This document shows positions 53,311-64,000 of a stretch of 64,000 nt of DNA, one piece after another (the stretch's first letter is position 1; the number at the start of each line of letters is the position of its first letter). Source of the stretch: Octopus sinensis (taxonomy: Eukaryota); NCBI RefSeq assembly GCF_006345805.1, contig NC_043005.1:9300001-9364000 (forward strand), written 5' to 3'. Under the pieces are notes generated by a model. It saw only the letters and a program-made list of their open reading frames with translations, ran no database searches and was not told where the DNA came from. The translations under genes were made by a program, and so were the position numbers.

Positions 53311-54781
53311 GAAGAAAAACATTTGAAATTTCTTTTTTTACTCCCGCCACTCCCTCACCACCCTAGTCCGAATCTATTTTTGCCATTTGGATTTTTTTCA
53401 CTACGCATTTAAGATCTGTGAGAGAAACATTTTCGGTTAAAACAAATTGATAATAATATCAGACGAAAATGTATGATTTAAGGGAGGTCTGGTTGTTGTT
53501 CCTAGCACATCACTAAACCCTCCCTCCTTGTTTCTTTCTCACTCACACATCTATTCATGTTTTGCAATATTTTTCTCCCCATAAACACATTTTATGGAAT
53601 GCTGATTTCGAAGTAACGCGCGTGTAGTCCCAACAGAGCGAGGTCATATTATTTGTATGTAAGAAAAAAATTTAAAAACATCTTTAGTGTTCATATTAAT
53701 CTGTCAAATGTAATGCTTATTTGTTCACGTTATTTTGAATTATTCAGATTCAAGAGAGGTATCCATAAACAGTTGCTTGTAACTTGGTGAATTTTTTATA
53801 TACTGATTTGAAATTTTGTCAGTGGGTGCTTTATACACCACTGGTTTATTACGTAATTTTGGCTGATCTTGTTAAGTAAATTTGATGTTACGGGCAGGTA
53901 AATTTAATTAACAGGTGTAAAAGCAATAACGCTAAAATTGAAATTCTTAATGCATCTTGTTTGATTTTTTTACTAAAATTATCCCGACAAAAATTTTGCC
54001 ACTTTTCAAGATGAGGTATATTAATTTTAATTAATTAAGATATGGTTATAATCGGTACAATATTTTATTATTTCGATAGATATTTCGTACCTCGGTGTGG
54101 AATAATGTTTTTCCACAGTTTTGTCGGCTGCATTCAACGTATTTGACCTCCAAACCCGCTGAAAGCCACTTTTTTCCAGAAAAGAAAAGTGGAAGGAGCG
54201 ATGGGGATCTCAAAGTTTCCCACTAAGGAGGTTTTGTTTCGCATGTCTTTTTTTCTTTTTCAGGTTATTTTGCATGCTTTCAACGAATGTGACATCGAAA
54301 TCACGCGTAAGCGGCTCCTTTTTCCAGAAAAGGGAAGAGTTGGCTGCTATTTCGAGAATGCCATGCTATCACGTAACAGCAATTTGTGTTCACACCGAAA
54401 TATGTTCCAACTTTTTTCCTTCCATTTATTTATTTTTTTTTCATTTTATGGAAGTCAATATTTTCTCTGTTCCTATTTGCTTTTTCCCCAGTTCTGTGCT
54501 TTCTGGAAGAAAAACCCTCACATTATCTCAAGGCTACGAGAATTCATTAACGTGATTTGTTTATTTTTTAGGAAAGATTTCGTAGAAGAATTAGATAGAA
54601 CGGGTTTTGCCCGGTTGAAACACTAAAGGATTAAAAATTGCCAAAACTGCAGAATCAGTTTCTTTGTCCTTTTTGAGGGCTTTAGAACACAAAAAACTAT
54701 AGTTTTATTTATTTTAATTATTTTTTGCTTTGAGTTACAAAATATTGATTTTGTAGTTTTAAATTTCAAAGAGCCTATATA

Positions 54782-56052
54782 CGAGGGGCGTTCAATAAGT
54801 AATGCCCCTGCCCCACTTCCCATAGCAGTAGAGCAACGAAACTTGGCACAGTTATTAGTCTTTTTCTACAAAGGAACCACCCAGAGTTACGTATTTCTCC
54901 CATCGTTTGATGCAGCTCTGGAGACCGTTTTTGTAGAAGAACCCAGCTTGGTCCTCCAACCTCAAGGCTGCATCATCTGGGAAACGCTTTCCTTTCAAAA
55001 ACAACTTCATGATTGGGAAGAGGTGAAAATCAGAGGGAGCAAGGTCAGGAAAGTAGGGGGGATGGGGAGGAGTTCATAGCCATACGCCTGTGCTCCTGAT
55101 CTGGCGACAAGCGAGTTGTGGACCGGCGCTTGTCCTGCAGGAGGAGGATGCCTTTGCTGATCTTGCCCCGCCTCTTGATTTTGATAACTTCTCTAATTTC
55201 CTCAAAAGTGAAGCATAATAGGCTCCTGCAATTGTGGTACCCTTTTCCAGGAAATCTGTCATCACTACTCCGTCCTGGTCCCAGAAGACTGTGAGCATGA
55301 CCTTGCCAGCGGAGGGCTGCACCCTTGCCTTCTTTGGAGGGGGTGAGTCACGGTGCTTCCACTGCATTGACTGGGCTTTGATCTCTGGATCATCGTGATG
55401 GATCCAGGTTTCATCCTGTGTAATCAGTCTTTTGAAAAATTTTGACCCATCTTCTTGGCATATCTCCAAATTCACCCTCGAGCACTCGACGCGTTCTTGC
55501 TTCTGGAAAGGCGTGAGCAACCTGGGAATCCATCTGGCAGACACCTTTTGCATATGCAAATGGTCATGAATGATAGTTTCCACAGACCCAGTACTAATCT
55601 TGACTTCATGGGCTATTTGGCGAATAATTATGCGTCGATCTTCCAAAATGGCAGCCTCAACTTGACGGACAGATGCCTCATCAATGGCAGAAGGGGGCGA
55701 CCAGATCTGGGAGCTGTTTCCACAGAGTTCCGACCATGTTTGAATTCACGATGTCAGCGTTTTACAAGGTCATATAATGGGGCATCATCACCATAAGTTA
55801 CTTTCATTTCATCAAAAATCTCCCGTGGTGTGCGTCCTTTCAAATACAAAAACCGGATCACTGCTCGACATTCAACAGTCTCCATTTCACACTTGACTCG
55901 GTTCAAACACCTGTAAATCAGAAACCACAATTAATTCAGAGCTGTAATTTGCCACTTACTCTATAGATATATAAATGATTGCACATGCAAAATTTCAGCT
56001 AGATCAAACAATTGCAAGTGGGTCAGAGGCATTACTTATTGAACGTCCCTCA
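54782..56052 (-). mobile_element. Full-length mariner (irritans-like) with pseudogenised transposase 55885-54855
   Basis: TA TSDs; TIRs (C/T)GAGGG(G/A)CGTTCAATAAGTAATGCC; ARWIPRLL, ITQDETW, SAGKVMLTVFWD, PDLAPSDFHLF; one stop and several frameshifts. Confidence 0.95.
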
Positions 56053-56264
56053 TAGGCTGATTTCATAGTTTTGCCCTTTTTTTCAGGTTTTTAAAGGCTT
56101 TTAGAGCCAGAAAAGGGTAAAAACACCCAAATGAAACACAATATTAGTATTTAACTAAACAACGTTTATTGATAAAGTGGCCGTAAAAAAAATAAAAATA
56201 AAAATTTGTAAAACACGATATTTAATGTTTCGTCCATTTTGCCCTTCATGAAAATTAACTTACC

Positions 56265-56920
56265 AAAAATTTTCATCAGACAAGGATGATCTTTTGCCAC
56301 TCAAGATGCCCTTGCCCAAGGGACGACCGTCTTGAACTTGGTGAACTTGTTCACCAACACCTGCTCACTCAAAAAGGCAGCATCTGTCAGTAGACGTTTG
56401 GAGTCGGTCTCCAACCAAGCTTTTACTAAATTCTGGGCCTTGTCCTCCAGTGACCTGTGGCTTCCACTCTCTTCTTGTTGGGTGACACCCCTAAAGATGT
56501 CATCCTCCACGTCTTCGTTGTTGCTGCCTCCACTGTTGCTGCTCACTTCCTCAGACTGCTACCTCGTGACCTTATCCTCGACCTTATCCTCCATGCTTCT
56601 CCTCACCTTGGTGAACTTGGGGCTATTATGCCTATCCAACCAGATGAGGCGAAACCTGGGACGGAAGGCAGCATTCAGTTGGCATTCTTCATCATCCTGG
56701 AGGATCGCAAATATTTTGCCGATGCCAAATCTGCGTCGACCAAGGGGCTGCAGTAGACGAATTTTGGGTTAACGGACTTGAGTTAACAGAAACTAAATGT
56801 AACGGAAGTTAATTAGTCCGATAATGATTTTCGAAGTTAACCTGAAAGTTAAATCGTAAACGAAAATGTGAACTTAGTTAATTAACGATTAACAGGTTAA
56901 CGGACTTACGCCCAGATCTG
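56265..56920 (-). mobile_element. hAT deletion derivative (one terminus plus transposase C-terminus)
   Basis: AAFRPRFRLIWL and LGKGILSGKRSSLSDENF; terminus CAGATCTGGGCG with repeated GTTAAC subterminal motifs. Confidence 0.65.
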
Positions 56921-57679
56921 TATATTCTTATTACACATCTAAGTGATGCATACATTGACCGAAGAAGATACAACAAAGGGCAAACTGAAAGTAACAAGAA
57001 AAAGAGTTACTTTGTAAAGGAAACGAAAAAATAGCGAGTATTGTCTTCATTTAAATTCATTTGCAATCGTTTTTACATTTAAAGCATGCATTTATAATAA
57101 TATTGCGAAGACAAATACACAATAATCGTATCCTCAGGAAAAATCTGGAATCTGCGCGCTTTGGAGTTTGAGATAAATTGCGTACGAGGAGTTGTAGTAA
57201 AACAAAATGAAGTCTGTATATTTATCACAATTTCTCCACAATACATTTGCTATTCATCAATTTTAAGCATTTAATCTTTAATCCGTTTATCATAGAAAAA
57301 TTAATTAAATTCATACAAGCGCACGCGTGTAGACACACTTAAAGGCAAACACACACAAATATATGCATACATACATAGATATATTCATAGATAAGTGCAT
57401 ACTTATATGTATTGTCACATATATAAATACTTGCATACAGGCATAGACACACACACATCGCAACACAGCATTATGAAAGAAGTTCTTTTATACATGTCTG
57501 TTAGCAAAGTAGATATCCCAAAATTCCAAAGAGCCTTATTTTGACATGGTGGATATTGACATGCGATTATATGTAATCACATATGTAGTTCTACACACAT
57601 ACACATACACACACACACGCACGCACACATGTGTGTATGTATGTGTATATATGTTGTTGTGTGTATTCATATACATATA

Positions 57680-57780
<101 letters not shown>

Positions 57781-58287
57781 GTGTGTGTTTGTGTTTGTAT
57801 GTATACAAGTAGATATCTGCATGTGCATGTATATTTTTTAGTATACGCACAAACATCTTTAGATATTTATATACATGTGCATGAGTGAATATTTATTTAT
57901 CTACACACTACACGAATGGATGTATCAAAAATCAGAGATAAAGCCAAGCACATATTGTTATTTATATATTTATATATATTTATATACATACGTATATACA
58001 TATGTATATATGTATACGCAGTAAAAAAAAAAGCACAGCGAGTTTTCATATAGTAGAAACATATCGTTATCTCTGTTCAGATGTGCGTAAATATCTATAT
58101 AAATACAAAACTGACACATGCTGGGAAATATATATTTCCATAAGCACACATTCTTTTTGCAGAATAGCTTTTATATGAATATGCATCAACAGAGCATTAT
58201 GACTAGTAGTGTAGTCATAGGAACATTTGAATAATGCTAATTCGGTTAAAAGAAGAGACAGAACATCACATAAATTATACACGTAAA

Positions 58288-58339
<52 letters not shown>

Positions 58340-58719
58340 TAAAGATGTAAGAGTGCTTCTCCGACATACTATCTTTCGCTTTTGAGCTTTTGTAGTATCA
58401 GCGGCAGCGTGTGTTTTCTTGTGCATTTACCAACCAAATAGATATATGTCACAGATAATATAAACAGCCACACAGTCGAATAGTCATCCCTGAAGATAAA
58501 TTTATATGTACGTGTGTTTTTGTGTGTTTATGAGCATTAGTATATATACGTATAGGAATATGAATATAAGTGTATGCATGGTTGCCTTGAACGTATATAT
58601 ATGGACGAGAGAGTGCTGAAAATGTCTTGACTTTCGGTAAAAGGAAACACAGGAGGATCAGTTAAATACGATTTTATTCAACATATTATCCTCTCAGATA
58701 CTTATTGTATATATCTATA

Positions 58720-58990
58720 CTCTTGTACTCGTTTCAGTTATTTGACTGCGGCCATGCTGGAGCACCGTTTTTAGTCGAGAAAATCGACCCCAGGACTTAT
58801 TCTTTGTAACTATAGTACTTATTATATCGGTCCCTTTTGCCGAATCGCTAAGTTACGGGGACGTAAACACACCAGCATCGGTTGTCAAGCGATATTGGGG
58901 GGACAAACACAGACACACACATATACACACACATACATGTATATACATACATACACACACACACACATATTATATATGCATACATATTTC
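58720..58990 (-). mobile_element. SINE-A, 3' half
   Basis: GACTGCGGCCATGCTGGAGCACCG through TTGTCAAGCGAT. Confidence 0.9.
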
Positions 58991-59351
58991 CAGTACGATA
59001 GTCACGAACCCAGAACTACCGAGTTCCCACACTTGTATCTCTATTTAGTCAATCGCCCATCTATGTCACCAAGTAAATAATCGATTGTATGTTTAATATG
59101 TTGATTAATCAAACAATCGATTTTTTATTATAGTCCTTTCGTTGCTATTCGCGTCATCGTCAATGACACGCCTTCTCTCTTCAAGGTGTGCGTTGAATCT
59201 GTCTGAGAATTAGTCTTAAGCGTGTGTAAATGTGTGCTTATATGTGTGTATACAGATGTGTTGTTGCTTACAGGAGAAGTGAAGGCTGAGAGTCAAGGAA
59301 GAGTTTGTGTGTGCGTCCGCGTGCGTGTGTGTGAAAATCTTTTCCATCCAA

Positions 59352-59384
<33 letters not shown>

Positions 59385-60296
59385 ACAAAACCTCGTAGAA
59401 AGTACTATGATATATTATATAATTATATATATATATATATAATATATATAATATATACATAGAGAGAGAGAGAGAAAGAGAAAGATAGATAGCTCTCTCT
59501 CTCTCTCTCTCTATATATTATATATATTATATATATATTAGATACATACTATATATTATTATCCAATTGCAATAACGTGCTATATTTCTCTGACAAAGTG
59601 GGATTTCTTAAGGTAGATAACCTCATTTTCTATAACAGAACGGTTGATTAGTAATTATTAATACAACCATAGTTTAAATTTAATATGTGCTGTTATCTTT
59701 TACTTAATTCGTTAATTAATCACCCGATAATTCCTGTGTTCGCGCAATATGATTTTATAAAAAAAAAATTCCTAATAAATGTTGATTTTAATGAAAGCAT
59801 CTAAAATGAAATAAAAATAAAATGCTATTCTGTATTAACATAAATCAAGTAGTCTCAGAAAATCAGGAATCAAAAGCCGTTTGAACACTTTTGATGTTGT
59901 CCTCCGCCACGTATCATAGAATCTAATACTCAATACACGCTGAACGAGCTTATTCCTGTGGACATTCTTGTCCAAATCGTTTAATCATTGTTTAACGTGC
60001 TCAATCTTCCGATAAAAAGCTTCTCACCGTTATTTACTCTCAGACATATTCCGTTCTTTCACCTACCATTCCTACCTCATTACATCTGCTCAAAACACAT
60101 TATCAGTGACTTCGTAGACACTTGAAATTTCGGAATGAGAAGCCGATTCGTTGAGATTTCCTAAATCAACATCCTTTAAGTCACTATTTCTCTTAACAAC
60201 AGCAACTTTGCCAATGATTCGTATACAAGAATTCATATTATTTATGTTTAATGCAGTGTAAAAGCTAATTCCTCACTTTTTTTAAAGATACACATA

Positions 60297-60425
60297 GGCG
60301 TAGGTCTGGCTGTGTGGCAGTAGTTCCGAGTTCACTCCCATTGTGTAGCACCATAGGTAAGTGTGTTCTACTATAACCCCGGGCTGACCAAAGACTTATG
60401 AGTGAATTTGGGAGAAGCCCTTTAT
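60297..60425 (+). mobile_element. SINE-A, diverged 5' fragment
   Basis: GGCGTAGGTCTGGCTGTGTGG..CCCCGGGCTGACC. Confidence 0.7.
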
Positions 60426-60822
60426 ACGTACATACATACATATATATACAAATATATACATATATATATATATATTATATATATATGTTAGATTATGTTG
60501 GATTAACTGTTGAAGTGGACGGACGTCTATTTGTTTCTCTCCCAAGTCAGTAGCAAGCTACACAGCTTCAAAACTTAACTGACCTTAAATATATGTATAT
60601 TTGTAACCACGTGTTTACCTACAAACCCGTAAGTACGTTTTCATTTAACTACAAATTGTTATATACACCTGTTTTTCTTTTAATATCCTCAAACAACCAA
60701 ATAATCAAAAACTCACACCCTTCAGAGAGAACATTTATATATATATACACTTCTTTAACTCCCAAGAAAGAATATATATATTTTCAAAAATCAAAAGGAA
60801 AACAAACAAAAGAAAAACAAAC

Positions 60823-62049
60823 ATGACTAACTTGCAGGCCTGCAACAGACGAAATTGGTCTGATAACGAAATTGATGTTTTAATAAACACGTGGCTCTCT
60901 CTTTCCCAAACAGAAAATCTAAATGTTTTGTGTTTGAATGAGATTGCCGAAAAAACATCACAAGTGGTCAACACACGATCCGTCAAACAGATTCGTAGCA
61001 AACTGAAACATATCGAAGTATCTTTCAAACTGACAAAAGGCCATTATGAAAAGCTTCTTCATATTTTCACAGTTCAAGAACAGCAACAACTAGAAAATCA
61101 GCAGCCACAACAACAACAACAACAGAATGAGCCACTCCTGGTTCCCAGCACAATGGCTGACCCTAACATCGGTCAAGCACAACAACAACAACAACAGCCA
61201 CAGCAACAAGAACAACAACAGCCACTCCTCAACTCTAGCTTATAGATGATTCACTAAATGCCAGTATCTTTTCACCGCTCTCACGACAACCACCACAATT
61301 ATCATCATCATCATCACCACCGCTGCCACCATCGTCTTCTATCACCAAAAATACCAACAGAAAACCAAATAAGAAACCACTGCCCTCTTCCCCCACATCA
61401 CCACCTCAATACTACTGCAGTAACAAAAACTTAAAGAAACATAGGAAGCAGAATGCGCCCCCCACGGCACAAACAAGAAATCCCCAAATATGCCGCTATT
61501 CACTGCGCCAGAGACTCTGCACAAATAGTGACTGCATCTTCACGCATCTTACCCGGCACTAGACGCACTACCGGCCAAGGCCAAAGCACGCATCCCACAA
61601 TAACATCAACACCACCAAATAGTAAATCGAAATTCAAAACACACACAACTCGGAGTCCCAAAATCTGCCGGTATTCCCAACGTGAGAGAACATGTCTGCT
61701 GAGTGACTGTCCCTTCACTCATCTTCCAGGGACCCGACGCACAAACAGAAACGGGGCTTCAAGCCAACACACAAACCTGAATAAAAATAAAAATAGAAAC
61801 ACACCATGCTGCAGTAATGCTGGTCCAGTCTTTTCAGGAAGACACAAAACAACAACAACAAAAGTGGAAACTACAGCCCTATCCAACAGTGCAACCACAC
61901 CTCCAGCCAAAAACTGCTCCCTAAGCAGGAAAATTTTTTTTAGCCATGTTGAACATGGCAAAAGAGATACACAAAAACATTCTAGCCATCACTCAACACC
62001 ATCCTATGCTATTACCCCAGTGCACAATTCCCCACATTGCTGCCACTAA
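60823..62049 (+). pseudogene. LINE ORF1 (frameshifted): Myb/SANT-like, poly-Q, two CCCH zinc fingers
   Basis: RRNWSDNEIDVLINTW..EIAEK..RSVKQIRSKLKHI; C-x8-C-x4-C-x3-H at 61491-61547 and 61666-61722. Confidence 0.6.
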
Positions 62050-62094
62050 CACACACACAAAAATCCAAGCCCCCTGCAACAGTCAAAACCAGCC

Positions 62095-64000
62095 ACTACA
62101 CTAACCTCCACATTCCTACTCAATGCACAAGGTGTCAGCCCTTCCATCAATGCACAAAAATGGAAGGGCCAATTCATTGAAGACTGGGTTGGTAACCATT
62201 CACACCACATCCCTTTCTTCATTCTCACTGAGACCCACCTTGACAACTCCCACTTGGAAGCCGAAGTGAGAGTGAAGAATTTCACAACCATCCGCGCGGA
62301 TCGTATCGGCAGAGAGGAAGGGTGGAACTGCCATTTTCCTGCATGATTCATTTACGGCAGATGGAAATAGTATATTCTCCAACGGCTACTGTGAATCAGT
62401 CACCGTGCACAACAAAGCCAATGACCTGACAGTAATTGGGCTCTATAGGCCGCCCCAAACACCCATACTGTGCTTTAAAGAATGCCTCAACGGCATTAAG
62501 TGCTTTATTCAACAGTGCCATTCTAGCAACATACTCATGATGGGAGACTTCAATCTACCCTGTGTTGACTGGACTACAAACTGTTTGAAACCAAGCACTC
62601 CCGCCTCAACCGCTGACAAAGAAGCAGCAGAGTCACTTTTCGACTTTACGAATGAGTTTTTCTTGTCCCAACTTGTCCTTGCACCAACAAGACATCAGAA
62701 CATTTTGGACCTAGTGTTTAGTAACCACACTAACACTATACATAACGTTACAGTGGAAAAAACCTTCTTTCAGACCATGACATGGTTCTCTGTAACATGA
62801 AATTCCACCAGCCGAAAGCTAATCCTAGTGACCTTCCTCCAGCCCACCCATTGACAACATGGATCTCCATAATGCCAACTGGGATGCAATCAGGAACGAG
62901 CTATCACATGTTGACTGGTCCTTTACACATACACACATCTCCACCAACCATAAAACATCTTGGCAGATCTTTGTAGACACCGTCACAGACATATGTGCAA
63001 AACACTCCCCACCAAGACCTGTGAACAAAAAGTGCAGAATCCCCCAAAACAGAAAAACCATTATCAGAAAAATAAAAAGAAAAAAAAAAAAATTAACAAA
63101 CTAAAGTACTGCCAAGAGCAACACACACATTCGACGGCTATCGCACTGCTTGAATCCAAAAAATATAACCTCCAACAATGCATGCATGAAGACCCTCATC
63201 AATAACCAAAGATCAGCTGAGGAGAAGTGGGCCATTGAAAAAATCAAACTCAACCCCAAAGTGTTCTTTTCATTTGCGAGGAAACGCAGGGTCACTGTCT
63301 CCACTGTAGGCCCTCTAATTGACGAAACTGGCACTCTCCAAGATAATGCCAAATCCATGGCCGAGATACTGCAGAAACAATACTGCTCTGTTTTCAGCAA
63401 TCCTGATATGGCCGATCTGGGCTGTATCAGTGATGTCAACCCCCAACACACTATATCGGACATAACGTTTAGTGCCCCTGATGTGTTAGCGGCGATAAAC
63501 GAAATAAAACACAATTCAGCAGTAGGCCCCGATAGGTTCCCTGCTTGTGTCCTGAAGGTGTGTCGACACCAACTTGCATCTCCCCTTGCTAATCTGTGGA
63601 GAAACTCACTGGATGCTGGCTATATTCCAAAAAACCTTCTGTCCCAGTCTGTTGTCCCAGTTTTCAAAAAGGGAAACAAGTCCCTTGCAGTGAATTACCG
63701 TCCGATCTCACTCACCTCTCATATCATCAAGGTATTTGAGAGGGCGGGGCGGTGAGATCTCGAATAACCCAATTTCTGGAAAGCAACAGACGGCTGATCT
63801 CCAACCAACATGGGTTCCGTAATGGAAGGGACTGCCTAACGCAGCTCCTGCATCACTTTGAGGACATTTTGAGAGCTTTGGGAGAGGGCTCCAACACCGA
63901 TGTCATCTACCTTGATTTCAGTAAGGCCTTCGACAGGGTCGATCACAAGATCCTATTGAAAAGACTATCCAACATTGGTGTCTCTGGAAAGTTACTGAAA
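62095..64000 (+). pseudogene. LINE ORF2 (APE plus RT), frameshifted
   Basis: LLNAQG, ILTETHL, RADR, LYRPP, MGDFNLP, ILDLVFSN, GPDRFP, PVFKKG, NYRPISLTS, QHGFRNGR, YLDFSKAFDRVDH. Confidence 0.95.

Larger units (their letters stand above)
60500..64000 (+). mobile_element. CR1-like LINE with 5' end, truncated by the window edge
   Basis: A/C-rich 5' region, then ORF1, AP endonuclease and RT; the 5' boundary is approximate. Confidence 0.9.

Noticed and set aside
52500-54780. Possible non-autonomous DNA transposon, and ORF 54189-54626
   Set aside because: No TIR pair, TSD or recognisable protein motif found.
56640-56660. CAGATGA-GGC-GAAAC
   Set aside because: No stem II loop or stem I, and it lies within hAT coding sequence.
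60090-60236. 48-aa minus-strand ORF MNSCIRIIGKVAVV..VYEVTDNVF
   Set aside because: Protein-like but short, with no splice acceptor or homology support; needs RNA-seq or tBLASTn.

Overview
AT-rich eukaryotic DNA dense in microsatellites and made up almost entirely of transposable elements and their relics. The repeat content suggests a coleoid cephalopod, probably Octopus; this is an inference from repeat style, not a database result. No host gene, true tRNA/rRNA or CRISPR array can be supported, and most ORFs in the track are translated microsatellites. Recognisable elements are: a CR1-like LINE running off the right edge, whose reconstructed ORF1 looks like Myb/SANT + poly-Q + two CCCH fingers; several R4/Dong-like fragments in (TAA)n; RTE and Crack/Jockey relics; Penelope-like elements (PLEs) carrying five hammerhead ribozyme motifs, two apparently intact; three mariners; a hAT fragment; two non-autonomous Helitrons; MITE-like palindromes; and four tRNA-derived SINE families, labelled A-D here for convenience. 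Best leads: the PLE hammerheads, the unusual LINE ORF1, a 9-unit satellite made from a mariner end, and a covarying 3' stem-loop shared by SINE-A and the CR1-like LINE. All homology calls come from motif recognition by eye, and relic boundaries are approximate.
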